From contig OX442314.1 in NCBI GenBank assembly GCA_949358305.1, positions 27,590,001 to 27,654,000 on the forward strand: DNA of 64,000 bases, given 5' to 3'. The stretch's first letter is position 1. Every line of letters begins with the position of its first letter. Shown in pieces: positions 35,483 through 47,700 of this stretch. The notes beneath the pieces are model-generated. The model did no database searches. It was given only the letters and a program-made list of their open reading frames with translations, and was not told the origin of the DNA. Source of the DNA: Strigamia acuminata (Eukaryota). The position numbers were made by a program, and so were the translations under genes.

Positions 35483-38139
35483 TTCAGGGGGTTGTTCAAG
35501 TTGCCCAACCCCCGCTTAAAGAGTTGTTTCCTCTCTCGGAATTGTCAAATGATTTATTTTCACGAAAAGATGAATTTAAATTAAGACATAAGCCTAGTCA
35601 TCTCACAGTACCTTATGTCGATGATTCAAAGAATAAACCACCATCGTTGGTCATTTCTTACGAAGCAGTACCTGTCTGTCGAAAGTCTAGCAGCTCTACT
35701 GGCGGTGTCGATGAAAATTTAAAAGTCATGACAGACCAACTAGAAAATTTGAGTATTTTCAGTGGACGCTGGAATGCACCGAAAAAACCGCTTGTACCCA
35801 AAGTTTTCAAGTTAAGGAAAATCCTTAAACTTGAAAAATGGAACAATAAAGATCGAAAAGAGTTTCTTGGCAAACTTTGCAATAGCAAATTAATTAATGG
35901 TGGCAAAGATGATCCGCGTATGAATGTCCAAATTGGAGGTTTAGATTACAACGCACTAATGGACTCTGGAGCCACCCAATGTTTTATTGGAGTACAACTC
36001 CTTTCAAACACCGAAATTCCGGTGGAATTCATACAAGAATGTCCCCGCGGAATGCGTGTCTGCGCAGTCGGAATAGATCACCGACCTATCGGTCAAGTTT
36101 GTCTTTGTGTCAAATGGGCCGATAAAAAGAGAGTTACACCTATGACCTTCATAATTCTACACAAGAATGTATGTGGGTTGATTTTGGGTCACAATTTTAT
36201 GCGTAGAACGGGGATAAACCCTAATCCCCGACGGGCTGTGTTCACCTGTGATGACATGCCCGGATGGACAGCACCATACGAGACCACTGAACTTAACTGT
36301 TGTTTAGCAAGCATTAGGACTTTGGGTCTCCAAGGTGAAGGAACTCCCACTTCACCTGACTGGGCAGAAAAACTCGTCGAAGGCTGCAACAGCTCGGCGG
36401 AAGAAAAACAGTTACTCGTAAACGTTCTTTTGCAATTAAAAAACGTATTTCGAGATCAATTGGGCTGTACGAAGGTGGCCAAGCACAGCATCAAGTTTAA
36501 ACCTGGTGCTACTTGGAAACACCAGCCGTATAGAATGTACAATCCGGCCAAGAAGGCGATTATGACGGAATTGGTCGAGGAACTAGAGGCCGATGGGTTA
36601 ATCGAACCTGCCACTGGCCCTTATATAAGTCACCCCGTCATAGTGGCTAAACCCGGCGGGAAGTATCGATTATGTATCGACTACCGCTGGTTGAATGCGA
36701 TCACAGAAGTTGATGCAATTCAAATGCCAAGTATTGACCTATTAATTCACCATACTAATCAGGCCAAGTACTTTACATCCATTGATTTAACTAAAGGTTA
36801 TCATCAAATGGAAATGGAGGAGGAGGATAAGAGCAAAACTGCTTTTTACACTCCAAAAGGCAAATTTCAATTCAAGAGATTGCCATTTGGTCTTTGTAAT
36901 GCACCTAGTTCTTTTCAACACCTCATGACTACCGTATTGGGTGACTCTCTATATAAACATGCTCTAGTTTATTTAGACGATATAATTATTTTTTCCGACA
37001 CTTGGGAAAATCATTTATTACATATTAAAGACGTACTTGAGAAGTTAGATGCCGCAAATCTAACTATCAATAAAGACAAGTCAAAATTTGGTCGAACATC
37101 ATTACGATTTTTAGGCCATTTAATTTCCGAGGGATCTCTTCTTCCAGACCCGGACAAAGTCTCGGCTGTAAGGAATTTTCCCAAACCGACTTGTTCTAAA
37201 GACATTCAGAGATTTGTAGGACTTGCGAATTTTTTCCGAAAATTCATTCCTAACATCGCAAATATTGCTCGTCCATTGACCAATATTATGCATGATCAAG
37301 CAAAGTTTGTGTGGGATGATCCACAAACAACTGCATTCGAAACTATCAAAGATATTTTGTGTGACAAGGACCAAGCCCTTCTCCACATGCCAGATATGAA
37401 TAAGCCTTTTGTCATTTTGACAGATGCTTCTCATTCAGGCTTAGGTGCAGTACTCTGCCAAGATGTCGAGTTATTCTGTGAAAAGAAACAGAAATTAATT
37501 ATGGTCCCAAAAGCAGTCGCGTACGCCAGTCGAGTGTTACACGGGGCCGAAGTAAGGTATTCTACGCCGGAATTGGAGTGTTTGGCCGTTGTATGGGCAA
37601 TCGAGAGATTTCGCCCATATATAGAATACACGACTTTCACTCTCGAGTCCGATGCTAAGGCCCTTAGCTGGTTGATGAGTACGCCGGAACCTTCGGGAAG
37701 GTTTGGTCGTTGGGCCGTCAAAATACAATGTGGCGCGTTTAAAATTATTTTTAGACGCGGTGCAATGAACCAAGTAGCGGACGCATTATCACGCGCTCCA
37801 CTGTCTGCACTAGACACTCCGGATTACGATTATATCGAACCAGAGGAAATCACCCATTTCTATCCAACTTGGAATGGAAACAGGTGTGCATCTTTACAAG
37901 TGACGGAAACTGAGCACAAACATTTTCTTACAAATGTTGGCCTTAGTTTAGACTTTTTCTCAGAATCATATAATCCAGTTAGATTTCATGATTCTGGAGA
38001 AAAGGGGGAGGAAGAAGGATGTACAAGAGAAAATTGCAGACATATAGATGTCCACAATTGTAATCACGAAAATGTACACACGGCACTAACAGATATCCTA
38101 AAAGTAGTTCCGCCGACGCGAGATGAAATTAAGAGTTAG
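35479..38139 (+). CDS. pol: Pol of element B: protease-RT-RNase H only, ending before integrase
   Basis: LMDSGA, YLDD and TDAS motifs; ends at PPTRDEIKS*; -1 frame from A AAA AAC at 35473-35479. Confidence 0.92.
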   Translation: MIQGVVQVAQPPLKELFPLSELSNDLFSRKDEFKLRHKPSHLTVPYVDDSKNKPPSLVISYEAVPVCRKSSSSTGGVDENLKVMTDQLENLSIFSGRWNAPKKPLVPKVFKLRKILKLEKWNNKDRKEFLGKLCNSKLINGGKDDPRMNVQIGGLDYNALMDSGATQCFIGVQLLSNTEIPVEFIQECPRGMRVCAVGIDHRPIGQVCLCVKWADKKRVTPMTFIILHKNVCGLILGHNFMRRTGINPNPRRAVFTCDDMPGWTAPYETTELNCCLASIRTLGLQGEGTPTSPDWAEKLVEGCNSSAEEKQLLVNVLLQLKNVFRDQLGCTKVAKHSIKFKPGATWKHQPYRMYNPAKKAIMTELVEELEADGLIEPATGPYISHPVIVAKPGGKYRLCIDYRWLNAITEVDAIQMPSIDLLIHHTNQAKYFTSIDLTKGYHQMEMEEEDKSKTAFYTPKGKFQFKRLPFGLCNAPSSFQHLMTTVLGDSLYKHALVYLDDIIIFSDTWENHLLHIKDVLEKLDAANLTINKDKSKFGRTSLRFLGHLISEGSLLPDPDKVSAVRNFPKPTCSKDIQRFVGLANFFRKFIPNIANIARPLTNIMHDQAKFVWDDPQTTAFETIKDILCDKDQALLHMPDMNKPFVILTDASHSGLGAVLCQDVELFCEKKQKLIMVPKAVAYASRVLHGAEVRYSTPELECLAVVWAIERFRPYIEYTTFTLESDAKALSWLMSTPEPSGRFGRWAVKIQCGAFKIIFRRGAMNQVADALSRAPLSALDTPDYDYIEPEEITHFYPTWNGNRCASLQVTETEHKHFLTNVGLSLDFFSESYNPVRFHDSGEKGEEEGCTRENCRHIDVHNCNHENVHTALTDILKVVPPTRDEIKS

Positions 38140-38672
38140 TCAGGTTCAGGTGTATTTTATGCCGTTTTTGTGAATAATTCAAAGATCTTTAATAGTTAAT
38201 TTAACAATTCTGTTAAAATTTGATTACGAGTCAATGTGAGTTTGTTTATATGAATACTAATTTTAATACTTGAATTTTAACGTGTAAAGTGTTATTTTGC
38301 AAATCATTATATTTCCAGTGAGAAGTTAAGTTTTGTGAAAATAATTGTTAAATTTTATTAATCATTTGTTTGGTACAAGAGTTTGATGTTAGTTTAAGTT
38401 ATCGCCTTTTCTTGATGCAGTTGTAAGTCCACCTGTAAAGAGAGATGGAAGTTATTATTGATAATTGAAAGTTTTATAACCCTAATAAATATTTTTTGAA
38501 GCATTTGATTAAGAAATACTCTTTATTTATACTATTAAGATATAAAATAAAGGTTTTTACTTACCAAGGATTACAGCTCCAGTTCCATAGATGACAGTGT
38601 GGTCTTGATCCTCAAGATATTCGGAATAAATAGTATGTTAATACAGGTATTAACATATATTTAAGGGGGACT

Positions 38673-40260
38673 TGTGACGGTTACACTGTCATACACTTGT
38701 TAGTTAGGACGTTTATTTTGTCAATAGATGGCGCTGATACGTTTTAGCGGCAATTTCAAATTTCGACAATTTTTGAGTGAATAAAATATAAATTACTATT
38801 TATATTTTATTCCACTGCAACTTTATACACTTTTAAATACTTTTGGATGTTTAAATACTAGTTGATTTATTTGTCACATAATTCTATTGAATTATGTGCA
38901 AACTCTACACCTGGTGAAGTCACCCCCCATCACCCACTGTGAGTTGGACTCCTTTTGGATTATAGTCAAAGGGACTTAATCCAAAATGTGTCCTGCGTAT
39001 CCAGTTCCTGTAGTGGACCTAGTAGAAGACTATGTCCTGAGTATCCACTTCCTATGATCTGGGATTGGATGGATTTGACTGCCCAGTGATCCCATTGGAT
39101 CACTGAACAGCTATTCTCCTCACCGAGTATATATCCCCCTGCAAAACGGATATAGCTCGCTCTTGTTCTGTTTTTGTTTGATACTGATATTACTTGAGCA
39201 CATATTATACTTCTCTGCGTTCCGACAATCCGTTGTAGAAATACCTTGTATTTAGTGTAAGTATCTAGAGTGGGTAGAAGACTCACAGACACACTGCCCG
39301 CCTCTTCATGCCAACATTCCGTTGTAGAAATGTAGTAACTAGAGTGAGTAATTCACAGACACATTTAAGTGTAGTATCTAGAGTGGGGTACAACCCACAG
39401 ACGCACTCCCTCCAGCTTCATGCCAACATTCCGTTGTAGAGTGCAGAATCTAGAGTGGAGTAAAATTCACAGACGCATTGGTAATGTAGAATCTAGAGTG
39501 GAGTATTTATATTTCACAGACGCATTATCAGAGTGATCGACGCGGAGTAATTTCCCGGTTACTCTCCCGCCAGCCAGGACCGAGTGGAGTAATTTCCCGG
39601 CGATGGATAACCTTTCCTGCGAGATATTTCGATTCAATTCGTTATTGGTTTGACGGAACATTTAAGTCTAACTTAGATGTTGATTGCACTCGGGGCAAAA
39701 AATAGCTCGGCGCTATTTTAATATATTTTACTTATTTTCATAGTTTTAGTTAAGTTTGTGACTCTAAAATATCATGATTAATTCCATAGAATTAATATGA
39801 ATATTTATTCTCACATTGTTACATCTCGCGGTAATTATTGATTACAACAATTATCTGCGATGCGATGTGTGTGACGATACAGAAAAGTCAACCGCACCTC
39901 TCGGATATAACCCACCCAGCCTAACCATTTACACGCCTTTTAGAACCAAACCCCGGACCATTTAGAAGCCAAAGCCATTCATAGATGACATCTTTTACGT
40001 CACAGCAATAAGACCGTTACAAATTCTTATTGCATGACTGAAGCCTTCAAATGATATTATTTCAGGGCTTTTGCCAAATAACTGTATAGTTTAACTTATC
40101 GTCATTTTAGCCACTTGTAGGCATAGTATTTATATAAGGTTCAAACCGGAATAAATGTTATATGTTTTGAGAAAACATCAGGTTTGCATATTTTACACTT
40201 TCACACAGATAGTTCACACTTTAGTTTAGCAATTGCTATCTCCAGAAGGTAATCGTCACA
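38673..40260 (+). repeat. 3' LTR of gypsy element B
   Basis: Direct repeat of 30976-32563. Confidence 0.96.
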
Positions 40261-41307
40261 AGTGAAATGTCAAACACTAGTTGCATTCGAAAGTTTTGTT
40301 TCACTGCAATAAATTTATAAATGACTAGAAAGAGAATTTTTCAGTTTGATTTTGGCATCAGGCGACAGAGCGCAGCAAATTTATAAACAATAATAGTTAC
40401 CGTATGCAGACTGTACTTTAATAATTTAGTTTTTATTTAAAATGTTTTTGAAGAATTTGTAATAATTAAATTTTCAGGGTTTTCATCAATTCAGTGAAGC
40501 AGGTAAAATGCACATTCTAGATGATAGCGCCATCTAGTGTTTAAAAACGCAGTTAGTTACGAGATGTCCTGCAATTTTCAAATCCCTACCGTAGTTTTTC
40601 AAAACCCTTTGTGGTGATGTACCATGTTTGTCAGTGGTGATTTCTGGCTGTGATGTAGCAAAGGTCGGTGGCTGAAGACAAACTGAATGATTGATGATTG
40701 TAAGTTCAAAAATAGGAGTACCATATTTAATTTACCGGTATATTGAATTTTTATTTTATGGCGGGAGTCGAAAGAAGAAAAACACCATCGTCGGGATCTT
40801 GAAAAACTAATTAATTATGCGCAAAACTGCTGAAAACAAAGACTCGCTAATTATAATGCAAGTAGAGTATTAAACACAAATAATTTCCAATTTGGCGAAT
40901 GAAATATGAGATAGTTGTTGATATCCATTTTATTTCGTGCAGCCACAGCATCAGATTGCAAACCAGCCATGTTTTCGTGTTCTTCGTTGGCTCACCCAAT
41001 GGGCAGAGTCACTTGCATGCACAACGGACATGTTTTGTCATCATCAACAGATTCCGCGCCACGTGTGGCCATTTGGAATGAATGTAGAGAAGGAGGATCG
41101 GGGTATGTATCAAGGAAAATTCAGAGGAAATGATTCAAGGAACTGCACCAACGGCTGAGAGGTAAACGCCGATAATGGGTTTTCTTTTCTTCTTTTTCTT
41201 TCTTCATTTTTTTCCAGTTTCCAGTTTCCATTTTCCATTTCATTTTTTAGCTCATCTCATTTCTCGGGTCATCAGAAGTGCTTGCACGAATGTGAGGTAA
41301 TACGGTA

Positions 41308-41397
41308 GTGACAAATTGACATTTAAACGATGTCACTCAATCACCTTTACATTGTTTTAGATGATTGTATGACGTCATTTAAATGTCAATTTGTCAC
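41308..41397. repeat. 90-nt near-perfect inverted repeat (hairpin)
   Basis: GTGACAAATTGACATTTAAACGATGTCA pairs with TGACGTCATTTAAATGTCAATTTGTCAC (26/28), with further inner pairing. Confidence 0.8.
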
Positions 41398-41793
41398 AAC
41401 GTATCAGTGAGTTTTTGCACTACCTGGTAGATTCAGCAGAAAATTCTCATTCTGTGAAGTGTTTCTGCTAATGGTTTTCTTGATGTAGATGGATGTAGAA
41501 ATAAGTGGACTACGAAACGACCATTCTATTCGAGCTTATTTGCATAAGTATTTATTCATCAGTTTTACATAGGTAGCGCTGCAATCGTGCGGCGTCAAAA
41601 ATTAACTTAAGTGCGGTTATACGAAATTGGAATGTGGAACACTCCATTCATAAGTGTAGCTACAGTATATTTATCTATGGATTGTTTTAATCAATGCAAC
41701 TAGACCAATACAGTAATGTGCACATAATTGAAAATTAATAATTAGAGGGCTAGACATTTTAAGCGATTTCAGATTTGATGCTTTTGCTTTGAA

Positions 41794-44700
41794 TTAATAT
41801 CTGGCATTTTTAACTCGAGCATATAATGAAAGGTTTGCACGAATGGTTATAAACTGATGAAGTATCTTTTGCAATAGTTCTGGAATTGCAAGAATAGAAA
41901 GGCCAAGCATTAGTGCGAAAGAATTTCCAATATCACAGCACAATGCAACTGTAGTGTAGGATAAAATTTGGGTAATCTCTTCAATTATGTTATTCGTTGG
42001 AAATATACCAAGAATTCTGACTGGGAGTGCGTCTGGATGTTGAAAGAAAACGTAAGTGTCAAATATTTGTTCTTCGCAAGGTGGATCACAACCACAATCT
42101 TTCGTCACATCAACTTTTAAAGAATTCTTCATAAATAGTTGTACCGAAGAAATTGCTTCTTCAGCATTTGCACAGGTGTTATTTGTTACATTGGGCAGAA
42201 ATGGTAACCTAAAATTATAAACTTTCATAATGACCTACTTGTATGTTGAATTATTACTGTTCAATAGTATCTCTAGAAATGATGTCACCCCCTTCGATTT
42301 CCCCCGTGGACCTCTTTCAAGTGCTCTTGTACCAAACCACACAGAATCCTTAGTAGTGTTTGTAAATTTAGACAAATTTAGATTCTAAATTTACAAAAAA
42401 CAATCTTATTTTTTGTGGTAGTTTTGTTCAGTTTTTTTGTTTCTAACTCTTCTGAATTTTGAAGGACCAAGCAGTAACATGCTCACATTAAATTTTATGA
42501 AAAATTACTACTCACTTGCATTGAACAAAATTATAAACCTTTTTTTCATAGCAATCATCTTGGCATCGTTTGTATTTGTTAGGGGCAAGGCAATGTTGAG
42601 CTCGCAAGTTTAATCGAATGGTCTAAATTAGAGCAATCGTTAGAAGAGGTTGTATTGTATGTAATCATCTGATATATTACTTTGAGCATTTTAAATGTAA
42701 TAATGATGAAAGTGTTATCTAAAACAGTTCTTCTACTTCTGAGAATTGATGGTATTGGAGCTTTATTTTGTTGAAAGTATACCTAAATTGTAAGAATTAC
42801 GATTTACCACAATTTCTACTTTTCTGCTTATACCTAAACTTGTAAGTTTACCATATGAATGACTTCTACAAAAAATTACATTACTTTACCTATTCCAAAT
42901 ACTCAGGGATTAAGACTTGGAATTCCAGATTTTAGCAGTTACTTCTCCACTAAACTGTGTGTTAGTACAGTACCTACAGGGTGGGCCAAAAGTCACGAAT
43001 CGGTATGAAGGCTAAATAACTTTTTTTTAAAATAATTTTTATAAAATTGCGGCGATCCGGGTTTTTACTTATTAAATTATATAAATTTAATAAGCAATCG
43101 TCGGTGAGATGCCGTACAGGACTTCTACTCTGTGGCCAAATGGTTGTCTAGGGGAATGATTTTACACAGAGTAAAGGAAAAATTAGATTGTTTTAATCGT
43201 TTTAAATACACCCGAATATAATGCGAAATAATAAGTGTAATGACTGGGTCGATCTGGTTTCTCTTCGTACTTGGACACTCACAGTTGACCGTTGGCTCCA
43301 AAATGGCGTCGATGGCGTCGTGTGAGCGCGGGATTTTAGCGGAGTAAACTCGACGCTAAAATACTTTGCTAAAATATACTAAAAATCCTCGCGGAGCAAG
43401 CTCAACACGAGAATACGTCTTGCACACAGCGATTTGATTATTACGGAGCAAGCTCGACGTAACAATCCGTCTTAACACAATTCGCCTTGTGGAGTTAAAC
43501 TCGACACAAAGCCTTCAAACTAACAGAGTAAACTCGATGTTAGTTTCACACACAGAAATGGCTTAAATTACTCGTAGTAATTCAAGCTAGAAAGTTGCTA
43601 TTCCGTACAGTGGGTACAGACCAGCGATGAAACTCAATTCGTCCAAGAATCACAGATCACACTTTGCAGTTTTGGCAGAAGTTTGACACGGTTGTGAACA
43701 GTTTGGAGGTGGAATCAAGAGTGCGGGAAGAGTGGGCCAAAACCGTTTGGCTCACTTCTAAATCTGCTCAGAAAAGCTGCGCAGATGACGAGTTGCATGA
43801 AGATCACACACGGCCGCCTTCGGGTCGTGTGCAACAATCGAGCCGGGCACGCGCGAGGGGAAGGGATGCTCCGCCCAGGCACACGCCTAGCAGCATCATC
43901 AAAGCAATGCACGCTGCAGCGCGATTGGTTGACGCTGTTGCTGGGCCAAAACTTGCTGCAAAACACAATATTATTTGGGTAATATTGTGTCTTGTTTTAT
44001 ATTTTATTAATGTATGTTTTATTTCAATTTACATTGAAACAAAACATATAAGTTTGTTGAATATGTTTATAAGACAATTTGGAAATATGGTGCGCACTCA
44101 AATAGGAATATTTGAGGTCACCACACTTCCCCCCCCTTTTAAGAAAGAATCTTATTCTTTTCCAAAAAGAGACAGGTAAGTATAGGAATAAATACACAAG
44201 GTTTCAAAGTAAAATGGAACAGGATATATATTTATTCTTTTTTATTACAATATAAAAATAAAAAAGGAATCATTTTTAATAAACGGGCGTGTTCCCTAAT
44301 TATTTCGGCAACATGTCCGTCGAATGATCGTTTGGATCTTTGTGCTCGGTGACGGTGCACAAAGGTCGGCCGGCGTTTGGTCCTGACCGGAAGCCAGGGT
44401 TGATGTGGAGCCACACTTGCTTGATGCGGTCCACACCATCCCTTCGTCCAAAACCCATCTCGAAGTACTCCTGCGGGTCTTGAGGCGTAATTCGAGCGAA
44501 CACCAGGCGTTGATGCAGGATCCACGGCTGCTGTTCCTTGATGTGGTTTTCCAGCCACGCGAGGACTCGGTTGCATAAATCCTCGCTGTTCTGGAGAATC
44601 GTTTTCGTTGCGCTCGTTATGTAGCAAAAGGCGTATAATGAGCGCAAACGTTGATAGGCGGTGAGGTGGGTGGCCATACTCGATCCCCTATCTCTTGGCG

Positions 44701-47700
44701 GCGAATCCTTTGGAGGAGGCGGCGGTGGCGGCGACTTCTTGCAGATCGAGAGGGATCTGGATCTGCGTAAAGCCGGGGTGCGCGTCTTTGGTCTGGCACC
44801 GCAGGCCACAGGCACGACGAACTCGCGATCGTCGCTGTCGAGCCATTCCATCGGAGACGAGATGTTGCAACTCGGTGCCTCGGTCGCACGGGAAACACTC
44901 GACGTTGCCGTGATGGCAGCGTGGAGTGGAGCTGCGGATGACGGTGGTGCGCCAGCGGGACGGGCGGTGGCTCGTTCTGCTGTGCGTCGCTGCTTCAGCG
45001 CAGCCCATTCCTGCCGTAGTCGAATGGCGGATCCAGCCGGAGTTTCGCCAGTCGCCTCGGCTTGTTGCGTCAATTCGGCGAGCATCGTTGGAGGATCGGG
45101 GCGAACTGACTCCCAATCGTCCAGCAAGGCTCGTGGAAGCCCTAGCGGCACGGTCCACAATCGAGTGGCGGCGGCCAGAGCAATCTGTGGGTCGGGAAAG
45201 ACTCCTTGGAACAGGATTCGAAGAAGTCCCTCCGACAACTTCCTGTTCATCTTCTGCAGCGTCCGTTGCAGTTGCTTGTCGGACTTGCACGACGTAAGCT
45301 CTCGCGCAAGCCATTGCCATTCCTTCTCACCTTCGCGGATCTGAGCGAGTTGGTATTCGTCCAGATGCGCGAGGTACATCGTTTGGGCTGTCTCGGGAAA
45401 CGATGAGAATCGCCTCCAGAGATCAGCGCACTCCTGTGCGGGAAATGGTTCGTGAGAGACGTATCCCTCAAAACGGATGACCGATGTCACTTGTGGCACG
45501 GGCACCGATGGATCTGGTCGCATGTCGCTGGTGACTGGACGGCAAGCGAACGGCAAAGAGGTGTTAACGTCTCCCTGACCGGCTTGCAATGCGGCGATGC
45601 GTTGATCTTCCTTCGCTATCTCGTCCGACCAGTCAATCCGGCCGGAGGAGGAAGCGGTAAGCTGTGAAGCGTTGGATCGTTCTTCACGCGACGAGAGTGA
45701 ACTCCTCGTGGAAGATTGACGCGATTGCACTCGAGGTCGGCTTCGGGATGTGGGTCTCGATACGGACTTCGAATGTCTTTTCGGCGGCGTCGGCTCGCGT
45801 CGGTGATGTGAGCGATGACGAGCCTTCTGGAGTGGAGGTAACCCTCCAATGGCGCCTTCCCCCGACGACTGTGTTGGGGAGGAGCGACGGCCACTGTAGG
45901 GCGACCTCGATGATCGTGACCTCGACGTGGAGCGCGGTGGCACCACGTGGATGGTGGAAGCGACCTGTACCCGGGGCTCAGGCTCTGGATACGGGTTCGG
46001 CACGAAATCTGCATGGAAACATCCGCCCATGGCTAGTTGATGCATCTCCGACTGGCATGTCGGCACCCAACGTTTCTTTCCGTCCGTTGTTACACGGAAA
46101 GATTCGTTGTAGAGGCGTACAACCTCGGCCTTGGTTTGATCCAAGCGTTGGAAAATGTCCTCCAAAATCTGTCGACGCTCCCACGCAGGAGCGTTGAAGT
46201 AACGGCGATGGTCTCGCGTTTCTTGTGCGATCACTGTGAAGGCGAAGTCGAGCAACACGTTTCGCAGTGGTCCGAAGGTGTCGCGCTTCATTGCCCACTC
46301 GAGGGCGTCGCGATGACCGAATCCATCGATTAAATAGGCGATCCGAAACTTCGTTCCCCATCGCTTGTTTAAGACCTTGGAGAATTTGTGTCGGGCCGCC
46401 CAAAACGTCAGTCGTCCTTTCGACTTTATGATTTCTGGCGGCAATGCGTGTCGCCAGACACCAGGAGCGGTCGGAACATCGGGGTGTAGTTCGAGATGCG
46501 TCTCCCGAAGCTGGATAATCTGTAAAAATATTCGAAGAAATAATTAAAATCCATTTTTTCGTGTAAAATAATTATTTCCGAATTTTCAGTGAATAAAATC
46601 ACGGGTGAGATTTCATTCGACAGTTTAGATTCATTAAATTTTTTCAAAATATTTGAAAAATCGTAAAAAACGTTGTTTCCGACGGCTATGTTTCAGTGTT
46701 TGGAGCGTTACCCTAGCAACGCCTCAAAAATGAGACACAGCGCCATCTGATGATAATAATGGCGGCGTCTTCTTGCGAAGGCGTTACCAACGAACTTTTT
46801 GCTTTTTCGGAGTGAAAATGCACTTTTAATTACTTTTCATGACTGAAAGGTAATTTTATTTTAAATTATTTACCCGGTCGTGTCTCTGTGCACGAGTTTC
46901 GCCGTTTGGATCGGCGAATAGGCCTCCTCGAAGTCGGGGCTGAGACGGCGTGACTGGCAAACGGGCAGCAGCGTCGGCTAGAGCGGCTTGAGCTTCAGCG
47001 GACGCTTCGGCGGACTCTTCGGTGACATCCACGGATGCATTCGAAGTGTTTGCGGAACCAAGCAGCGTCGAATTTGTTTCTAATTCGAGGCTGTTGGCGC
47101 CGGCTTCGCTTCCTTCTTTCGGTTCCTCTCCTTCCATTTGAACGACTAATCCAAATGGAAAAGAAAAACGAAAATTAATTTATTAGTTTTTCCTTGGAAA
47201 ATTCCAAAGAAAAAACTACTTACAATTGAAGAATCCCGTTGAAATAATCCAGTTGTTTCGCTTTTGGTTTTTTGGGGATGAGCACTTAGCACACGTGTGA
47301 GATCGAAGTGAACTCAGACGCGAAGTGATCAGTTCAAATACCGGAAGTTACGTTTGGGTAACGTCGCTGTTAGTGACGTCATCCAATCTTACTGTTTGAT
47401 TGGTTTGAGTATGGCTTGAGGAATTGCTCCTTACGTCATACGGCTGATCCCTGGATCTCGAGGTTATCGAGGGGAGAAGACACATGTTGTTTTTTCCTCT
47501 CGGTTTACGAGTCCGAAGATTATATCTCTTTGTCGGCGAGGGATTTATTGTATTTAAATCGCCGTCTTCATTGTCATCGGAGACTGAGTCAGATGAGTCT
47601 TTTATTTCAGATGTTTTTTGTTTCTTTTCTAAAAACACCTTTTTATTTATTTTTTTAGCAATTTCAAGCTTTTTGAAACTGTCACGAAGTTCAACGTCGT

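Larger units (their letters stand above)
30976..40260 (+). mobile_element. Ty3/gypsy LTR retrotransposon B lacking integrase
   Basis: 1588-bp LTRs at 30976-32563 and 38673-40260; TSD AGTG; tRNA-Gln PBS TGGAGGTTCCACCGAGAT at 32566; PPT AAGGGGGA before the 3' LTR. Confidence 0.96.
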
